Position numbers and translations under genes: made by a program. The notes beneath the pieces are model-generated. The model saw nothing but the letters and a program-made list of their open reading frames with translations, ran no database searches and was not told the origin of the DNA. Below, in pieces: positions 1 to 8,312 of a stretch of 26,371 bases of DNA. This DNA is from a virus (Duplodnaviria; Caudoviricetes). The DNA is taken from the IMG/VR virus record IMGVR_UViG_3300005805_000407, positions 1-26,371 of that record; one strand, given 5' to 3'. Numbering within the stretch: position 1 is the first letter of the stretch; every line of letters starts with the position of its first letter.

Positions 1-66
1 GTCATCGGCGTGACTCCCCAGCGAGTTCGACAGATCAAGGCCAGAAGTAAGGAGATCGGCAAATGA
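1..66 (+). CDS. 3' end of a gene truncated by the window edge; probable helix-turn-helix (sigma70 region 4-like) DNA-binding protein
   Basis: Frame 1 reads VIGVTPQRVRQIKARSKEIGK*. GVTxQRVRQI resembles an HTH recognition helix. The TGA at 64-66 overlaps the next ATG (ATGA). Confidence 0.55.
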   Translation, partial: VIGVTPQRVRQIKARSKEIGK

Positions 67-248
67 CTTCTCGAATCCCCAAAGGCTGCGACCAGCAGGG
101 CCGGTACCCGGAAGCCGCAGAATGCTGCACTGAAATCGGCGCAGATGCCGACGCAGGCGCAGGCATCGAGCGAGCTGTTATTTATCTGGTTGCTGTCGTT
201 GCCGCGGTGGTGTGCATCATCCTGGCCGTCAGCCTGCTGGCATCATGA
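63..248 (+). CDS. Small phage protein with a C-terminal transmembrane helix
   Basis: AAGGAG SD upstream, ATGA coupling at both ends, hydrophobic tail AVIYLVAVVAAVVCIILAVSLLA. Confidence 0.7.
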   Translation: MTSRIPKGCDQQGRYPEAAECCTEIGADADAGAGIERAVIYLVAVVAAVVCIILAVSLLAS

Positions 249-445
249 GGCAGTTGTCAGCCGACACGGCCCGCTGCGCCGGCAGCCACCGTGCAGAATG
301 CAACAACTGCATGCGCCGACTCTCACCGCCGCATGAGCGCCAGGTCTGGATGGGCGCCTGGGTAATGGACGACGAGCAATGTCCGAGTCACTTGCCGCCG
401 AGTAGGGCGGTTTTTTCGCGCGAGCCGGCCGAGCTGCCGAAGTAG
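245..445 (+). CDS. Small Cys-rich hypothetical protein (66 aa, start re-set to ATG 245)
   Basis: ATGA overlap with the previous stop. Pattern RCAG..CNNCMR...C suggests metal binding. The 3' end overlaps the holin gene convergently. Confidence 0.55.
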   Translation: MRQLSADTARCAGSHRAECNNCMRRLSPPHERQVWMGAWVMDDEQCPSHLPPSRAVFSREPAELPK

Positions 446-903
446 TACGCCACCACCGACGCCCAGGCGCCGCCCAGGGCGCCCAGCATCACCAGCAGGG
501 CATCCCCTCCAGTTTCTGGCTTGCCTTGCGCCAGCAGCCAACTCAGCACCCCGAAAAAGCCGCACGTGATGCCGATGGCCAGCAGCCGCGGAGTCCAGGT
601 ATCACCGCTGGCAGCCTCGCGCTTTCGCGCGCCATCGCGGTCGGCCTGGTGGATCCGCTCAAGGTCAATGTCCAGCTCGCGCATGCGCACCTGGAAGGCC
701 TGCTCGGCGGCTTTGATCTTGACCAGCGCATCGGCGCCACCGACGGCCATCGCCTGCGAAATGTCGGCCTCAGAGCCATCAGGACGGCCCAGGAGCGCAT
801 CGGACAGGGCGGACGCAGCTACCCCTGCCAGCGGGCCGCCGAGCGCCGTGGCGAGGCCAGGCGCAACGGTGCGGACAACGCTTTTCCAATCGAAGGCTGC
901 CAT
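388..903 (-). CDS. Holin-like membrane protein (3TM holin type)
   Basis: Directly downstream of the endolysin. N-terminal VAPGLATALGGPLAG, a coiled-coil DRDGARKRE segment, two hydrophobic helices and a terminal YYFGSSAGS motif typical of this family. Confidence 0.8.
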   Translation of the reverse strand: MAAFDWKSVVRTVAPGLATALGGPLAGVAASALSDALLGRPDGSEADISQAMAVGGADALVKIKAAEQAFQVRMRELDIDLERIHQADRDGARKREAASGDTWTPRLLAIGITCGFFGVLSWLLAQGKPETGGDALLVMLGALGGAWASVVAYYFGSSAGSREKTALLGGK

Positions 904-1380
904 TCATCCCTCCATCAAATCAGCAATCCGACGTGCCCAGCCGCGGCTGAAGGCCGGCCAGTTGGTCAGGCCGGTCATGAATCGCAATCGCTGGGCCAGC
1001 ATGCGCATGCGCAATGCATTGGCGTCTTGTGCATAGGCCGCTGCCAGAGTCTTAGGCCCGATGACGCCATCAGCCTCGACGCCCAGCGCCCGCTGCAGCC
1101 ATTTCGTTGCCTGGCCTGGGCCTGAGTTGACGGCAGCGTCAAACACGGCATATCTGATGCCAAGCGGCAGATCATCGGCCCTCACTGGTTTCCAGTATTT
1201 CTCAAGGTAAACCCGCTGCGCCAGATCCAGCGGTAGCTCGCGCATGTCGCCCTTGTAGCCCACCTCGCGCGCCACTGCCTCGGTGATCCCATAGCGGGTC
1301 TTGCCGCCTGGGTCTGCAGGGTGGTCGCTGAAATCGCCTTCGTGGCCCAGCAGCAATGCAAATGCGGTTTGAAAGTTCAT
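904..1380 (-). CDS. Endolysin, glycoside hydrolase family 108 with C-terminal peptidoglycan-binding domain
   Basis: HEGDFSDHPADPGGKTRYGIT (GH108 catalytic region), FDAAVNSG, LQRALGVEADGVIGPKT and FSRGWARR. ATG 1380 has AGGTG upstream; GTG 1389 is an alternative start. Confidence 0.93.
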   Translation of the reverse strand: MNFQTAFALLLGHEGDFSDHPADPGGKTRYGITEAVAREVGYKGDMRELPLDLAQRVYLEKYWKPVRADDLPLGIRYAVFDAAVNSGPGQATKWLQRALGVEADGVIGPKTLAAAYAQDANALRMRMLAQRLRFMTGLTNWPAFSRGWARRIADLMEG

Positions 1381-1393
1381 GTTCTGCACCTAT

Positions 1394-3691
1394 TCAAGAT
1401 GGAGAAAAGCCAATCACTATCGGAGCAAACTGTCCACCGCTTGCTCCGTCGCCAATGCCAGCTCCGGTATCTGACTGAAATTGTGCTTGAGTAAAATCTG
1501 ATGAAATTAATTTAAGCACGGGAAAACTAACAGCACCAATTCTTGTGTAAAAAAGACAATGGAATTTATTTTTATATAAAACGGTTCTTGTCAAATATAA
1601 AACTGGTCTTGTATCTAAAAAATTATACCAACTGGTATATGGAAATAATAAATATGTTTGTTTAAAATCGTAAACTGTGCCGTTTTGTCTGCTTTCAGTA
1701 TATGCACCATTGAAAAAATTTCTTGTAACAGTTGGATTGCTTTCGACAGTTTCTCTTTGAATTGTTGAATTAAGCAACGGATGACATAAATTTATGTCAC
1801 CCAAAAAGCCTAGCCTTGGCGACCCAGATGTAAATTGAACGTTTCCTTCGCTAAATGTAGCAGTAAAAGTGCAACCGTAATCTTCATCTGTTCCTAAAGT
1901 ATAGTTGCTGATTGTTAATGTGCAAATTCTCCCATCTTCATAATGATATTCTGCTCCAACTAAACCATTTGCTGCACTAAATATATTTGTTGTTTCTGTA
2001 ATTTGTTTATATCCATACTGCCCATTTTGAATAACTGCAAATATAGCTTTTTTTTCTGTTGGATGAAATGACACTTTGTAATTACATTCACCAGTTCCAC
2101 CCAATGAAATTCTTGGAATTTCATAATAGGCGCCTCGTTTGTATAATTCAAAGCCATACAATCCTGGATTAGAGGCAACGTATGTGGTATTCAATAATGA
2201 TGAGTCAAGCAATGGCGTTAAAGTTTCCAAATAAACTAATGAGTTGCCGCTTGTAGTTACATTATATTGACTCGTGACATTTGGTATTTTTTCATAACTT
2301 AAAACAGTAATAATATGTTCGTGATATTTTGTTATTTGATTAGTTGACAAATTTTTATAATAGAAAATTAACTTATCGACTTGATTGCCTTGCTCTGAAG
2401 TCCCAATAGCCACTCCACTTTCTCTAAAAAGGAGACAGAAATATAAAACATTATTATATAAACCAGCACCACATAAATGCCCGAGTGAATAATAATATAG
2501 ATATTTAATGCTGTAAGGTTCTGAAACGGGATCATATCCTGGAATTTCAGGCATTGCTGAGAGCCAAGAATAAAATTCTGGCGTTGCGCAATCAACAACC
2601 TGATTGCCAATCATTACGTATGGAAAATTGTACGGGTCGCCGCCTTTGCGCCAGGACACTATCCCGCCAGATCCGAAAAAAACTCTGTCACCGCCGTAAA
2701 AAAAATTTGATTGCAATGACAATGGCGTTTTTTTATATCTTAGACCAGTTTCTCCAAAATAATTTGGCGCTGGTCCAGAAACATATGGAAAGCCGCTTGG
2801 CGTAGTTCCACCCAATACTTTCGCAAACGTAAAATAAAACCCGCAAGGTTTAGGATTTGCCTTAAAACCTATGATCTTTGGGCTATTCCAATTCTGTCCT
2901 TCAAATTCAACAACTACGTTGTCATTGATTACAAACGCTTCGCCGTTGCAATCCATGTATTGGATTGGCACGTTGGAAAGCGTGGTGGTCTGATTGACAT
3001 TCAGGGTCAGTTCAGTGACGCTGGAGATGGCCGCATCAAGTTCAACATCGGCAGTGTTCAGCGAGATCGCCGTAATGCGCCCGGTGCGATATGTCGGCTT
3101 GAACTTCTGCCACCCCGGCAAAATGGCGGCATTGAAGTAAGCCTGCGGCCCGGTCATCAGCTCGCGCGCCAGTAGCTGGCCATCAGCGGCAGTGTGTGCA
3201 GCACCACCAGGCACCATAAGCACGTTCTGCGGCTCGCCAGGCACCTCGATGGTGGCAACCTCGCCGGTTGCCTGCAGGGTGTAATCTGCGCACCAGACCT
3301 CCCGCGCAGCGTTGTAGTTGCCATCCTGAATGACGTTGATCCGCTTGGCCAGCTCGCCGCGGTTCAGGATCATCGTGGTCAGCTCGCGCTGGCGTGCGTC
3401 TCGCTCGTCTTCTTTGGTCCGCAGCGCCACCAGCGCCTTCTCCATCGCCGTTGAATCACCCGATGGATTGGCCGCATAGGCCGCAAGCTTTGCCGCCCAG
3501 GCGTCATTGAGGGCTTGCACCTGAGCGTTGAGGCTTGCCACCGCATTGGTGGCTTGCGTGATCTGAGTCTGCAGCGCCGCAAACTCGGCCTGAAGCTGGG
3601 CCAGCAAGGCCGCCGCACTGGCAGCGCCTGTATCAACGGCAACGGAGTACTTCCCCTGGCCCAGATTCGCCAGCACCGTGCCTTTGCCCAT
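1394..3691 (-). CDS. Large tail-tip / receptor-binding protein candidate (765 aa)
   Basis: Last gene of the tail operon before lysis. N-terminal coiled coil and a GC-rich domain ending ...IIGFKANPKPC, followed by an AT-rich beta/aromatic-rich C-terminal region. Confidence 0.65.
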   Translation of the reverse strand: MGKGTVLANLGQGKYSVAVDTGAASAAALLAQLQAEFAALQTQITQATNAVASLNAQVQALNDAWAAKLAAYAANPSGDSTAMEKALVALRTKEDERDARQRELTTMILNRGELAKRINVIQDGNYNAAREVWCADYTLQATGEVATIEVPGEPQNVLMVPGGAAHTAADGQLLARELMTGPQAYFNAAILPGWQKFKPTYRTGRITAISLNTADVELDAAISSVTELTLNVNQTTTLSNVPIQYMDCNGEAFVINDNVVVEFEGQNWNSPKIIGFKANPKPCGFYFTFAKVLGGTTPSGFPYVSGPAPNYFGETGLRYKKTPLSLQSNFFYGGDRVFFGSGGIVSWRKGGDPYNFPYVMIGNQVVDCATPEFYSWLSAMPEIPGYDPVSEPYSIKYLYYYSLGHLCGAGLYNNVLYFCLLFRESGVAIGTSEQGNQVDKLIFYYKNLSTNQITKYHEHIITVLSYEKIPNVTSQYNVTTSGNSLVYLETLTPLLDSSLLNTTYVASNPGLYGFELYKRGAYYEIPRISLGGTGECNYKVSFHPTEKKAIFAVIQNGQYGYKQITETTNIFSAANGLVGAEYHYEDGRICTLTISNYTLGTDEDYGCTFTATFSEGNVQFTSGSPRLGFLGDINLCHPLLNSTIQRETVESNPTVTRNFFNGAYTESRQNGTVYDFKQTYLLFPYTSWYNFLDTRPVLYLTRTVLYKNKFHCLFYTRIGAVSFPVLKLISSDFTQAQFQSDTGAGIGDGASGGQFAPIVIGFSPS

Positions 3692-5205
3692 CAGCGCTCC
3701 CCAACTTCCATATATGCGTCATTATTTCCGACGTAATAATTTATGTACGACGCAATAAAGTTTCGGTCACCGGCAAACACGCGTTGAGACGGTCGCAAGA
3801 GCCAATCAATCGAGCAGCGAACCCTCGCCTTGCCTTCGGAAACGGAAACCGAGCGCAAACCTGACATTGTGCGGTTGTAGGCCGGGCTGGGTGTTTCATT
3901 GATGGCAAAACCTGATGAATACCCTGCGATGGTTGCGGTGTACCTAAATGGTCCCTGGTCAAGCGTTACTGTCTGCAGCGGTCCGCTGGCCATTTGATAT
4001 TCGATCACAAAACCATCCGGCAATACAACCCTGCGCAGTATCTTGAACTGCGTGGCCGCGTTGATCTGCGTGACGTAGCTTTGCACGGCCGGCACCACGC
4101 ACTGGACGTAATTCGACAGGCCCGTCTGCAGCGTAGCCTGCCAGCTCGAGATCGGCACCCGTACCGTCCCGCTTGGCGTAGTGAGATCCATCACGTAGTA
4201 GGTTGTTGCATCTCCGAGCTGGCCAGTAAAGTCATGCACTGCCAGCGTGGTGGCTGCGCCTAGCATTGATGGCACGTCAGCGCGAGCAAACAGATGCCAT
4301 GCAAGCAGATTTGCATTGCCCAGCACAGAAGGCGCATCAGCGCGGCCAAAGAGCTGCCAGCCAGTGACTTGCTCAGGCCCCAATATGGACGGAGCAGACG
4401 CATAAGCAAGCGACTGCTGCCCCAGAATCTGAGGCCGACCGAGAGGGCCTTCGGTTGAAGCAATTGCCATTGGCTCAACCAGAGCCAAAACATTAGGCGA
4501 GCCTAGTGGCCCAGGATCTGCAGCTTTCGCAGCAGGACCAGCGGAATCTGGAAATGCTTCAGTCGGCGGCGAAAAATTGTTAGTATAGCGCGCTACGCCT
4601 TTTGTAATTCTCAGGTCATCAATATAACCGTTAAGTTGTTGTTGTGATGATGTTCCGCCTATCCACAACGTCCCATTATTATAATTTAAGTCTGTGGTAA
4701 ATGGACCAGAATTACTCAAAACCCCATTGATAAAAATTCGTAGTGTATTGTTGCTTTTGGTTACTGCAATATGTGTCCATGTAGAATTAACAACCGCAGC
4801 AGATGAAAATAACCAATTAGACGATGTATAATAATTATAGAAAAAGCCGATTAAATTATTGCCTTGTATATTTATTTCCCAGCTTCCCGGCTGAGAAGTG
4901 CTGGATGCGTTACCATATCTTACTAAAGTTTTATCAGATGCCCCTAACCTATATAGCCAAAGCTCAACAGTAAAGTCATTTGTACCGAATAAAAAATCGT
5001 TAGAAGACGGAATGCTTAAATAATCACCAGTCCCATCAAAGTACGCAGATGACCCGCCAAATTTAGATTGCGTCGTGCTTATTTGAGCATCGCCAAATTT
5101 TGTAACGGTTTTGGGCGATGGTGAGTTATCCGTAAACGTAGTGCTCCCATTTGCCCCATCAAAATGAAGCAGCAGGGAAACGCTGCTGTAATTCGGATCT
5201 GACAT
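3691..5205 (-). CDS. Tail protein with N-terminal LamG/concanavalin A-like lectin domain
   Basis: SLLLHFDGANGSTTFTD...KFGGSSAYFDGTGDYL...FTVELW...WTHIAVT...LRIFING...GYIDDLRITKGVARY is the typical phage LamG-like signature, followed by a repeat linker and a C-terminal tail domain. Confidence 0.8.
   Translation of the reverse strand: MSDPNYSSVSLLLHFDGANGSTTFTDNSPSPKTVTKFGDAQISTTQSKFGGSSAYFDGTGDYLSIPSSNDFLFGTNDFTVELWLYRLGASDKTLVRYGNASSTSQPGSWEINIQGNNLIGFFYNYYTSSNWLFSSAAVVNSTWTHIAVTKSNNTLRIFINGVLSNSGPFTTDLNYNNGTLWIGGTSSQQQLNGYIDDLRITKGVARYTNNFSPPTEAFPDSAGPAAKAADPGPLGSPNVLALVEPMAIASTEGPLGRPQILGQQSLAYASAPSILGPEQVTGWQLFGRADAPSVLGNANLLAWHLFARADVPSMLGAATTLAVHDFTGQLGDATTYYVMDLTTPSGTVRVPISSWQATLQTGLSNYVQCVVPAVQSYVTQINAATQFKILRRVVLPDGFVIEYQMASGPLQTVTLDQGPFRYTATIAGYSSGFAINETPSPAYNRTMSGLRSVSVSEGKARVRCSIDWLLRPSQRVFAGDRNFIASYINYYVGNNDAYMEVGER
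4230..4530 (-). repeat. Five degenerate ~20-aa (60-bp) coding repeats
   Basis: AKAADPGPLGSPNVLALVEPM / AIASTEGPLGRPQILGQQSL / AYASAPSILGPEQVTGWQLF / GRADAPSVLGNANLLAWHLF / ARADVPSMLGAATTLAVHDF. Confidence 0.7.
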
Positions 5206-5208
5206 GCT

Positions 5209-5604
5209 TTAGCCAATAGTCGCGCTAACCAAGGTCACAGGGCCACCAGAAACAATTGACAAAGTATTGAGCACCAGCTTGCCGCTAACCGCTGCTGTTC
5301 CGGCCTCTGTCGGAAGACTTAAATGCACAGTGCCCGTTGAATCCGTAAATTCACCATAAGCCGCCGTGCCAGTTGCATCTGCGGAGGAATCCTCTGTGCT
5401 CGTGGTTGTGAACGTAAGCACGCCAGTGACAGCCGAAACGGTCCCGCAAGGGTCGGCCAGCGGAATGTCAGCCAGCAAGACGTCTGTTGAACTCCTGATC
5501 TTCAGGCGCCCTGCGGCTGCGCCTGCATCAATCAAATCACGAAACGCCTTGTGCGCCTCTTCTTTGGCCTTTGCGGAATAGGTAGCAGATGCTGGTGCGG
5601 GCAT
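5209..5604 (-). CDS. Virion structural (minor tail) protein
   Basis: Position in the tail operon, AGGAG SD, Thr/Ala/Gly-rich beta composition. Confidence 0.65.
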   Translation of the reverse strand: MPAPASATYSAKAKEEAHKAFRDLIDAGAAAGRLKIRSSTDVLLADIPLADPCGTVSAVTGVLTFTTTSTEDSSADATGTAAYGEFTDSTGTVHLSLPTEAGTAAVSGKLVLNTLSIVSGGPVTLVSATIG

Positions 5605-5605
5605 G

Positions 5606-5965
5606 TCAATCTCCTGAAAGTTTGGACTTGATGAGTAGGGTCAGCGTGGCCTGGCCACCTGAGATGGTGAAGGACTCTACAGCGGCCTGGAACACGCCAT
5701 CGGCAAGCGAGACCGTGATCAGTGCATACAGGCGCATCAGGCGCTCTACGGCGGTTTTCTGGGCCTCTGAGGCCAGCAGCCAGACCAGGCGCACCGTGCG
5801 GTCTGCCTGTGAATAGCCGAAGTCGTTGAACACCGCAGAGCCATCCAGCGTGGCCACGCGCGTAACCCTGCGCGTCATGCTGCTCAGGTCTGATCTGTCG
5901 GTGTCAAGCTCTAGCTGAACTACGCCCAGCGGGTCGGCGGTTGTCGCCGCGATGGTTGTGATCAT
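5606..5965 (-). CDS. Distal-tail-like protein
   Basis: Immediately follows the tape measure gene. RRVTRVATLDGSAVFNDFG..DRT resembles the start of Dit-like proteins (inference from position and motif). Confidence 0.55.
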   Translation of the reverse strand: MITTIAATTADPLGVVQLELDTDRSDLSSMTRRVTRVATLDGSAVFNDFGYSQADRTVRLVWLLASEAQKTAVERLMRLYALITVSLADGVFQAAVESFTISGGQATLTLLIKSKLSGD

Positions 5966-5966
5966 G

Positions 5967-7721
5967 TCATGTCCCCAGCAGCATTTCCAGGCCGTCCTGA
6001 TTCACGCGGGTCTGAATGGTCTTCAAGATTTCCCACATAAACGCTTCGAGGTGCGGCTGCAGGCCTTTTCCATCAATCTGAACTAGCGCGTTGCCACTTT
6101 GGATGGCCTTTGATCTGGCGTTGAGATTGTCAATCTGGGCTATAGTCAAATCTTCTTGCAGTTTCAAAGCCTTTTCGCGGTTTTTGTTTTCTATTTCAAG
6201 TTGCTTTTCAATAACTTTCAACTTGTCAAGAAAATTAAAACCTTCGGCAGCACTTAATGCTCCAAGAGCACCTTTAATTACATCGCCGGTGCTGGTGACT
6301 GTGGTGTTTATCGACTCAAACGCCGCGATGACCTTCTGAGCATCTGCCTGGACGTTTGCAATGTCCAGCCTGACCTTGGCCTCGATGAATTTGATGCGCT
6401 CGTTGGATGCGATTTCCTTCAGCTTGACTTGGTAGTCATTTGCTACCTTGGTCTGCTGGATCAGTACTTTCTGTTCTTCCAGGTATTGTTTCTGGAGTTG
6501 CGCGCTAACGTCCTTCGTTTTTGTTTTGGCTTTGCTGGTTTCCTCTGCCGCCTTCACGGCATCCAGCATGGCTTGTTCTTCTGCGCCGATGGCTACGGCG
6601 GATTGATTACTGGCTGCGGCTGTCTTTTTTGTCGCGTCTTCAAGACCAAGAAATTTTGGTACTAGGCCATCTACTGATGATGCAGCCTTTTGTACTGCGG
6701 CCTCAATAGATGTGCCAAATTGATCTGAATTTGTCTTTAGCTGCTTCAGTACACCATCAAAACCGCCTTCAGTAAACGCTTTATATAAATCAGTAAAATT
6801 TAGCTGAGAAATAGCACCAGCCACGATGCCAATAATTTCTCCCAGCAATGTAAATGCTGAAGTTGCACCTACAATTGAAATTGTCGCGCCTTCAATTCCT
6901 TTTTTTAATAAACTAAAAGCGCCAGCATCACCAATTGTTGTAAATGCGTCTGTAATTGAATTTTTTAGCCGCGCCAGCTCGTTGTTGAAACTGCCAAAAT
7001 CAGCAGATCCAAATTGCGTCTTGAGCTGCTCGGCAACTTTGATCAGCTCGGGGATTCCAATCTGGCCTTTGGAGATCAGGTCAAAGAACTCTTGATTCGT
7101 GACACCTAAAGCGCTTGCGAATGTATTGAAGAACCCAGGCAGACGCTCCGCAACAGACTTCAGGTCTTCGAGTTCAAATTTGCCTTTGCTGACCCCTTGG
7201 GCCAACTGGGTGAAGGCGCCAGAGACATCCGCGCTGCCGGTGCCAAGTGCTGCAAATGCGGTGGCAAAGCCTTCAAATACTTTTCGAGCTCCTTCTCCCT
7301 CCGCGGCTGTTCCCTTTGCCGCAGCCGCAAACGAGGCATACGCGCCTGCCGCGCCGCGGACTTCAATGCCCAAGCGGTTGGCGGTATTGGTAATGAAATC
7401 AAGCTCTTTGTTCGCCGCCTCAGTGGAACCCGTGACCAGCTTTAACGTGTTGCGAAACTGCTCAACAGCAACGTTGGCATCAATGAAGTCCTTGATGACC
7501 AGCGAGCCGGCCAGAGCCTGCAACGCAGTGGTTGCCGAGGCAATCCCGGCCCTATTGCCGCCAATCCGCTCAAGCTGATCGTTTGTGCCGCTCAACGCGC
7601 GGGTTGATGTGTCGGCATTGCCCGACAACGCCGCCAGATCCCGCTGAATGCCAGCGATGGCCGTATTGGTCTGGTTCTGAGCCCGAAAGATCAGCTCAAC
7701 GGTTTGCTGTATGTCGGCCAT
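5967..7721 (-). CDS. Tail tape measure protein (584 aa)
   Basis: Tape-measure domain motifs (LKLVTGSTEAANKELDFI...AFTQLAQGVSKGKFELEDLKSVAERLPG), Ala-rich helical composition, located after the chaperone genes. Confidence 0.9.
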   Translation of the reverse strand: MADIQQTVELIFRAQNQTNTAIAGIQRDLAALSGNADTSTRALSGTNDQLERIGGNRAGIASATTALQALAGSLVIKDFIDANVAVEQFRNTLKLVTGSTEAANKELDFITNTANRLGIEVRGAAGAYASFAAAAKGTAAEGEGARKVFEGFATAFAALGTGSADVSGAFTQLAQGVSKGKFELEDLKSVAERLPGFFNTFASALGVTNQEFFDLISKGQIGIPELIKVAEQLKTQFGSADFGSFNNELARLKNSITDAFTTIGDAGAFSLLKKGIEGATISIVGATSAFTLLGEIIGIVAGAISQLNFTDLYKAFTEGGFDGVLKQLKTNSDQFGTSIEAAVQKAASSVDGLVPKFLGLEDATKKTAAASNQSAVAIGAEEQAMLDAVKAAEETSKAKTKTKDVSAQLQKQYLEEQKVLIQQTKVANDYQVKLKEIASNERIKFIEAKVRLDIANVQADAQKVIAAFESINTTVTSTGDVIKGALGALSAAEGFNFLDKLKVIEKQLEIENKNREKALKLQEDLTIAQIDNLNARSKAIQSGNALVQIDGKGLQPHLEAFMWEILKTIQTRVNQDGLEMLLGT

Positions 7722-7890
7722 CGCGCTGTTTCAGTTCGTAGTAGGCGGCCCAGATTGCCAGTTCTTCGTTCGTTAGGTAACCCTGCGGGATTATGTCCGG
7801 CCGATGCTCGTAGAGGTAGCCGCCGCGCAGATCCAAAAACGTGAGCGCTGCGCTCAGTTCTGGGTCGGCTGCGAGGCGGCGCTTGGCTTT
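7696..7890 (-). CDS. Tail assembly chaperone frameshift extension (lambda gpT-like); not in the ORF track
   Basis: The -1 frame relative to 7854..8312 reads KAKRRLAADPELSAALTFLDLRGGYLYEHRPDIIPQGYLTNEELAIWAAYYELKQRDGRHTANR*. It has no ATG, fills the gap to the tape measure gene and carries an ELxxWxAYY motif typical of gpT-like domains. Confidence 0.75.
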   Translation of the reverse strand, partial: KAKRRLAADPELSAALTFLDLRGGYLYEHRPDIIPQGYLTNEELAIWAAYYELKQRDGRHTANR

Positions 7891-8312
7891 ACAAGTTCGG
7901 CGCCTTGTCCCGTCAGCTCGCTGATCTTGTTGGTGAGCTGCAGGAACTCAATCGGGAAGTTCTCGGCCAGCTTGACCGCCGCGGGCATGTCAATCACGGG
8001 CTGAATGCTGGCCATCACCAGCATCTCGATGCGCTTGGCAATCTCGCCAGGCGTGTCACCTGCCATGCCCAGCGCTTGCCTGATGGCATTGGCCTGGTCT
8101 GCCTTGGTGGCCAGCGCCTTGATGATGCTCTCGATCGAGCTTTGCCGCGTCGATGCCTCCATGGCCTGGTGGAGTTCGGCCGCGGTCAGGCCGCGCACCT
8201 CCCACTCGGCAGGTTCGCCATCGTCAAAAAAAGGCGCGAGAGCCTCTACAGCTACCCGCGCCTTCCGCGACTCGAACTTGGCTTGTTCGAACCGTGCGGA
8301 GTTGAAAGGCAT
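7854..8312 (-). CDS. Tail assembly chaperone (gpG-like)
   Basis: Lies between tail tube and tape measure genes. Has a WEVRGLTAAEL motif and a GAGGTG SD. Confidence 0.8.
   Translation of the reverse strand: MPFNSARFEQAKFESRKARVAVEALAPFFDDGEPAEWEVRGLTAAELHQAMEASTRQSSIESIIKALATKADQANAIRQALGMAGDTPGEIAKRIEMLVMASIQPVIDMPAAVKLAENFPIEFLQLTNKISELTGQGAELVKPSAASQPTQN

Noticed and set aside
543-800. Nested ORF in the holin gene as a possible Rz1-like o-spanin
   Set aside because: No hydrophobic signal peptide or lipobox; the Arg/Pro/Trp-rich sequence looks like off-frame translation.
2048-2705. 8-nt homopolymer runs (2048-2055, 2698-2705) as phase-variation sites
   Set aside because: Unremarkable in AT-rich sequence, and the reading frame is intact.
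1394-5205. Diversity-generating retroelement acting on the tail proteins
   Set aside because: No reverse transcriptase and no TR/VR repeat pair visible in the window.
8226-8232. Perfect slippery heptamer T TTT TTT in the tail chaperone gene
   Set aside because: A -1 shift meets TGA immediately, so it cannot produce the gpGT-type fusion.
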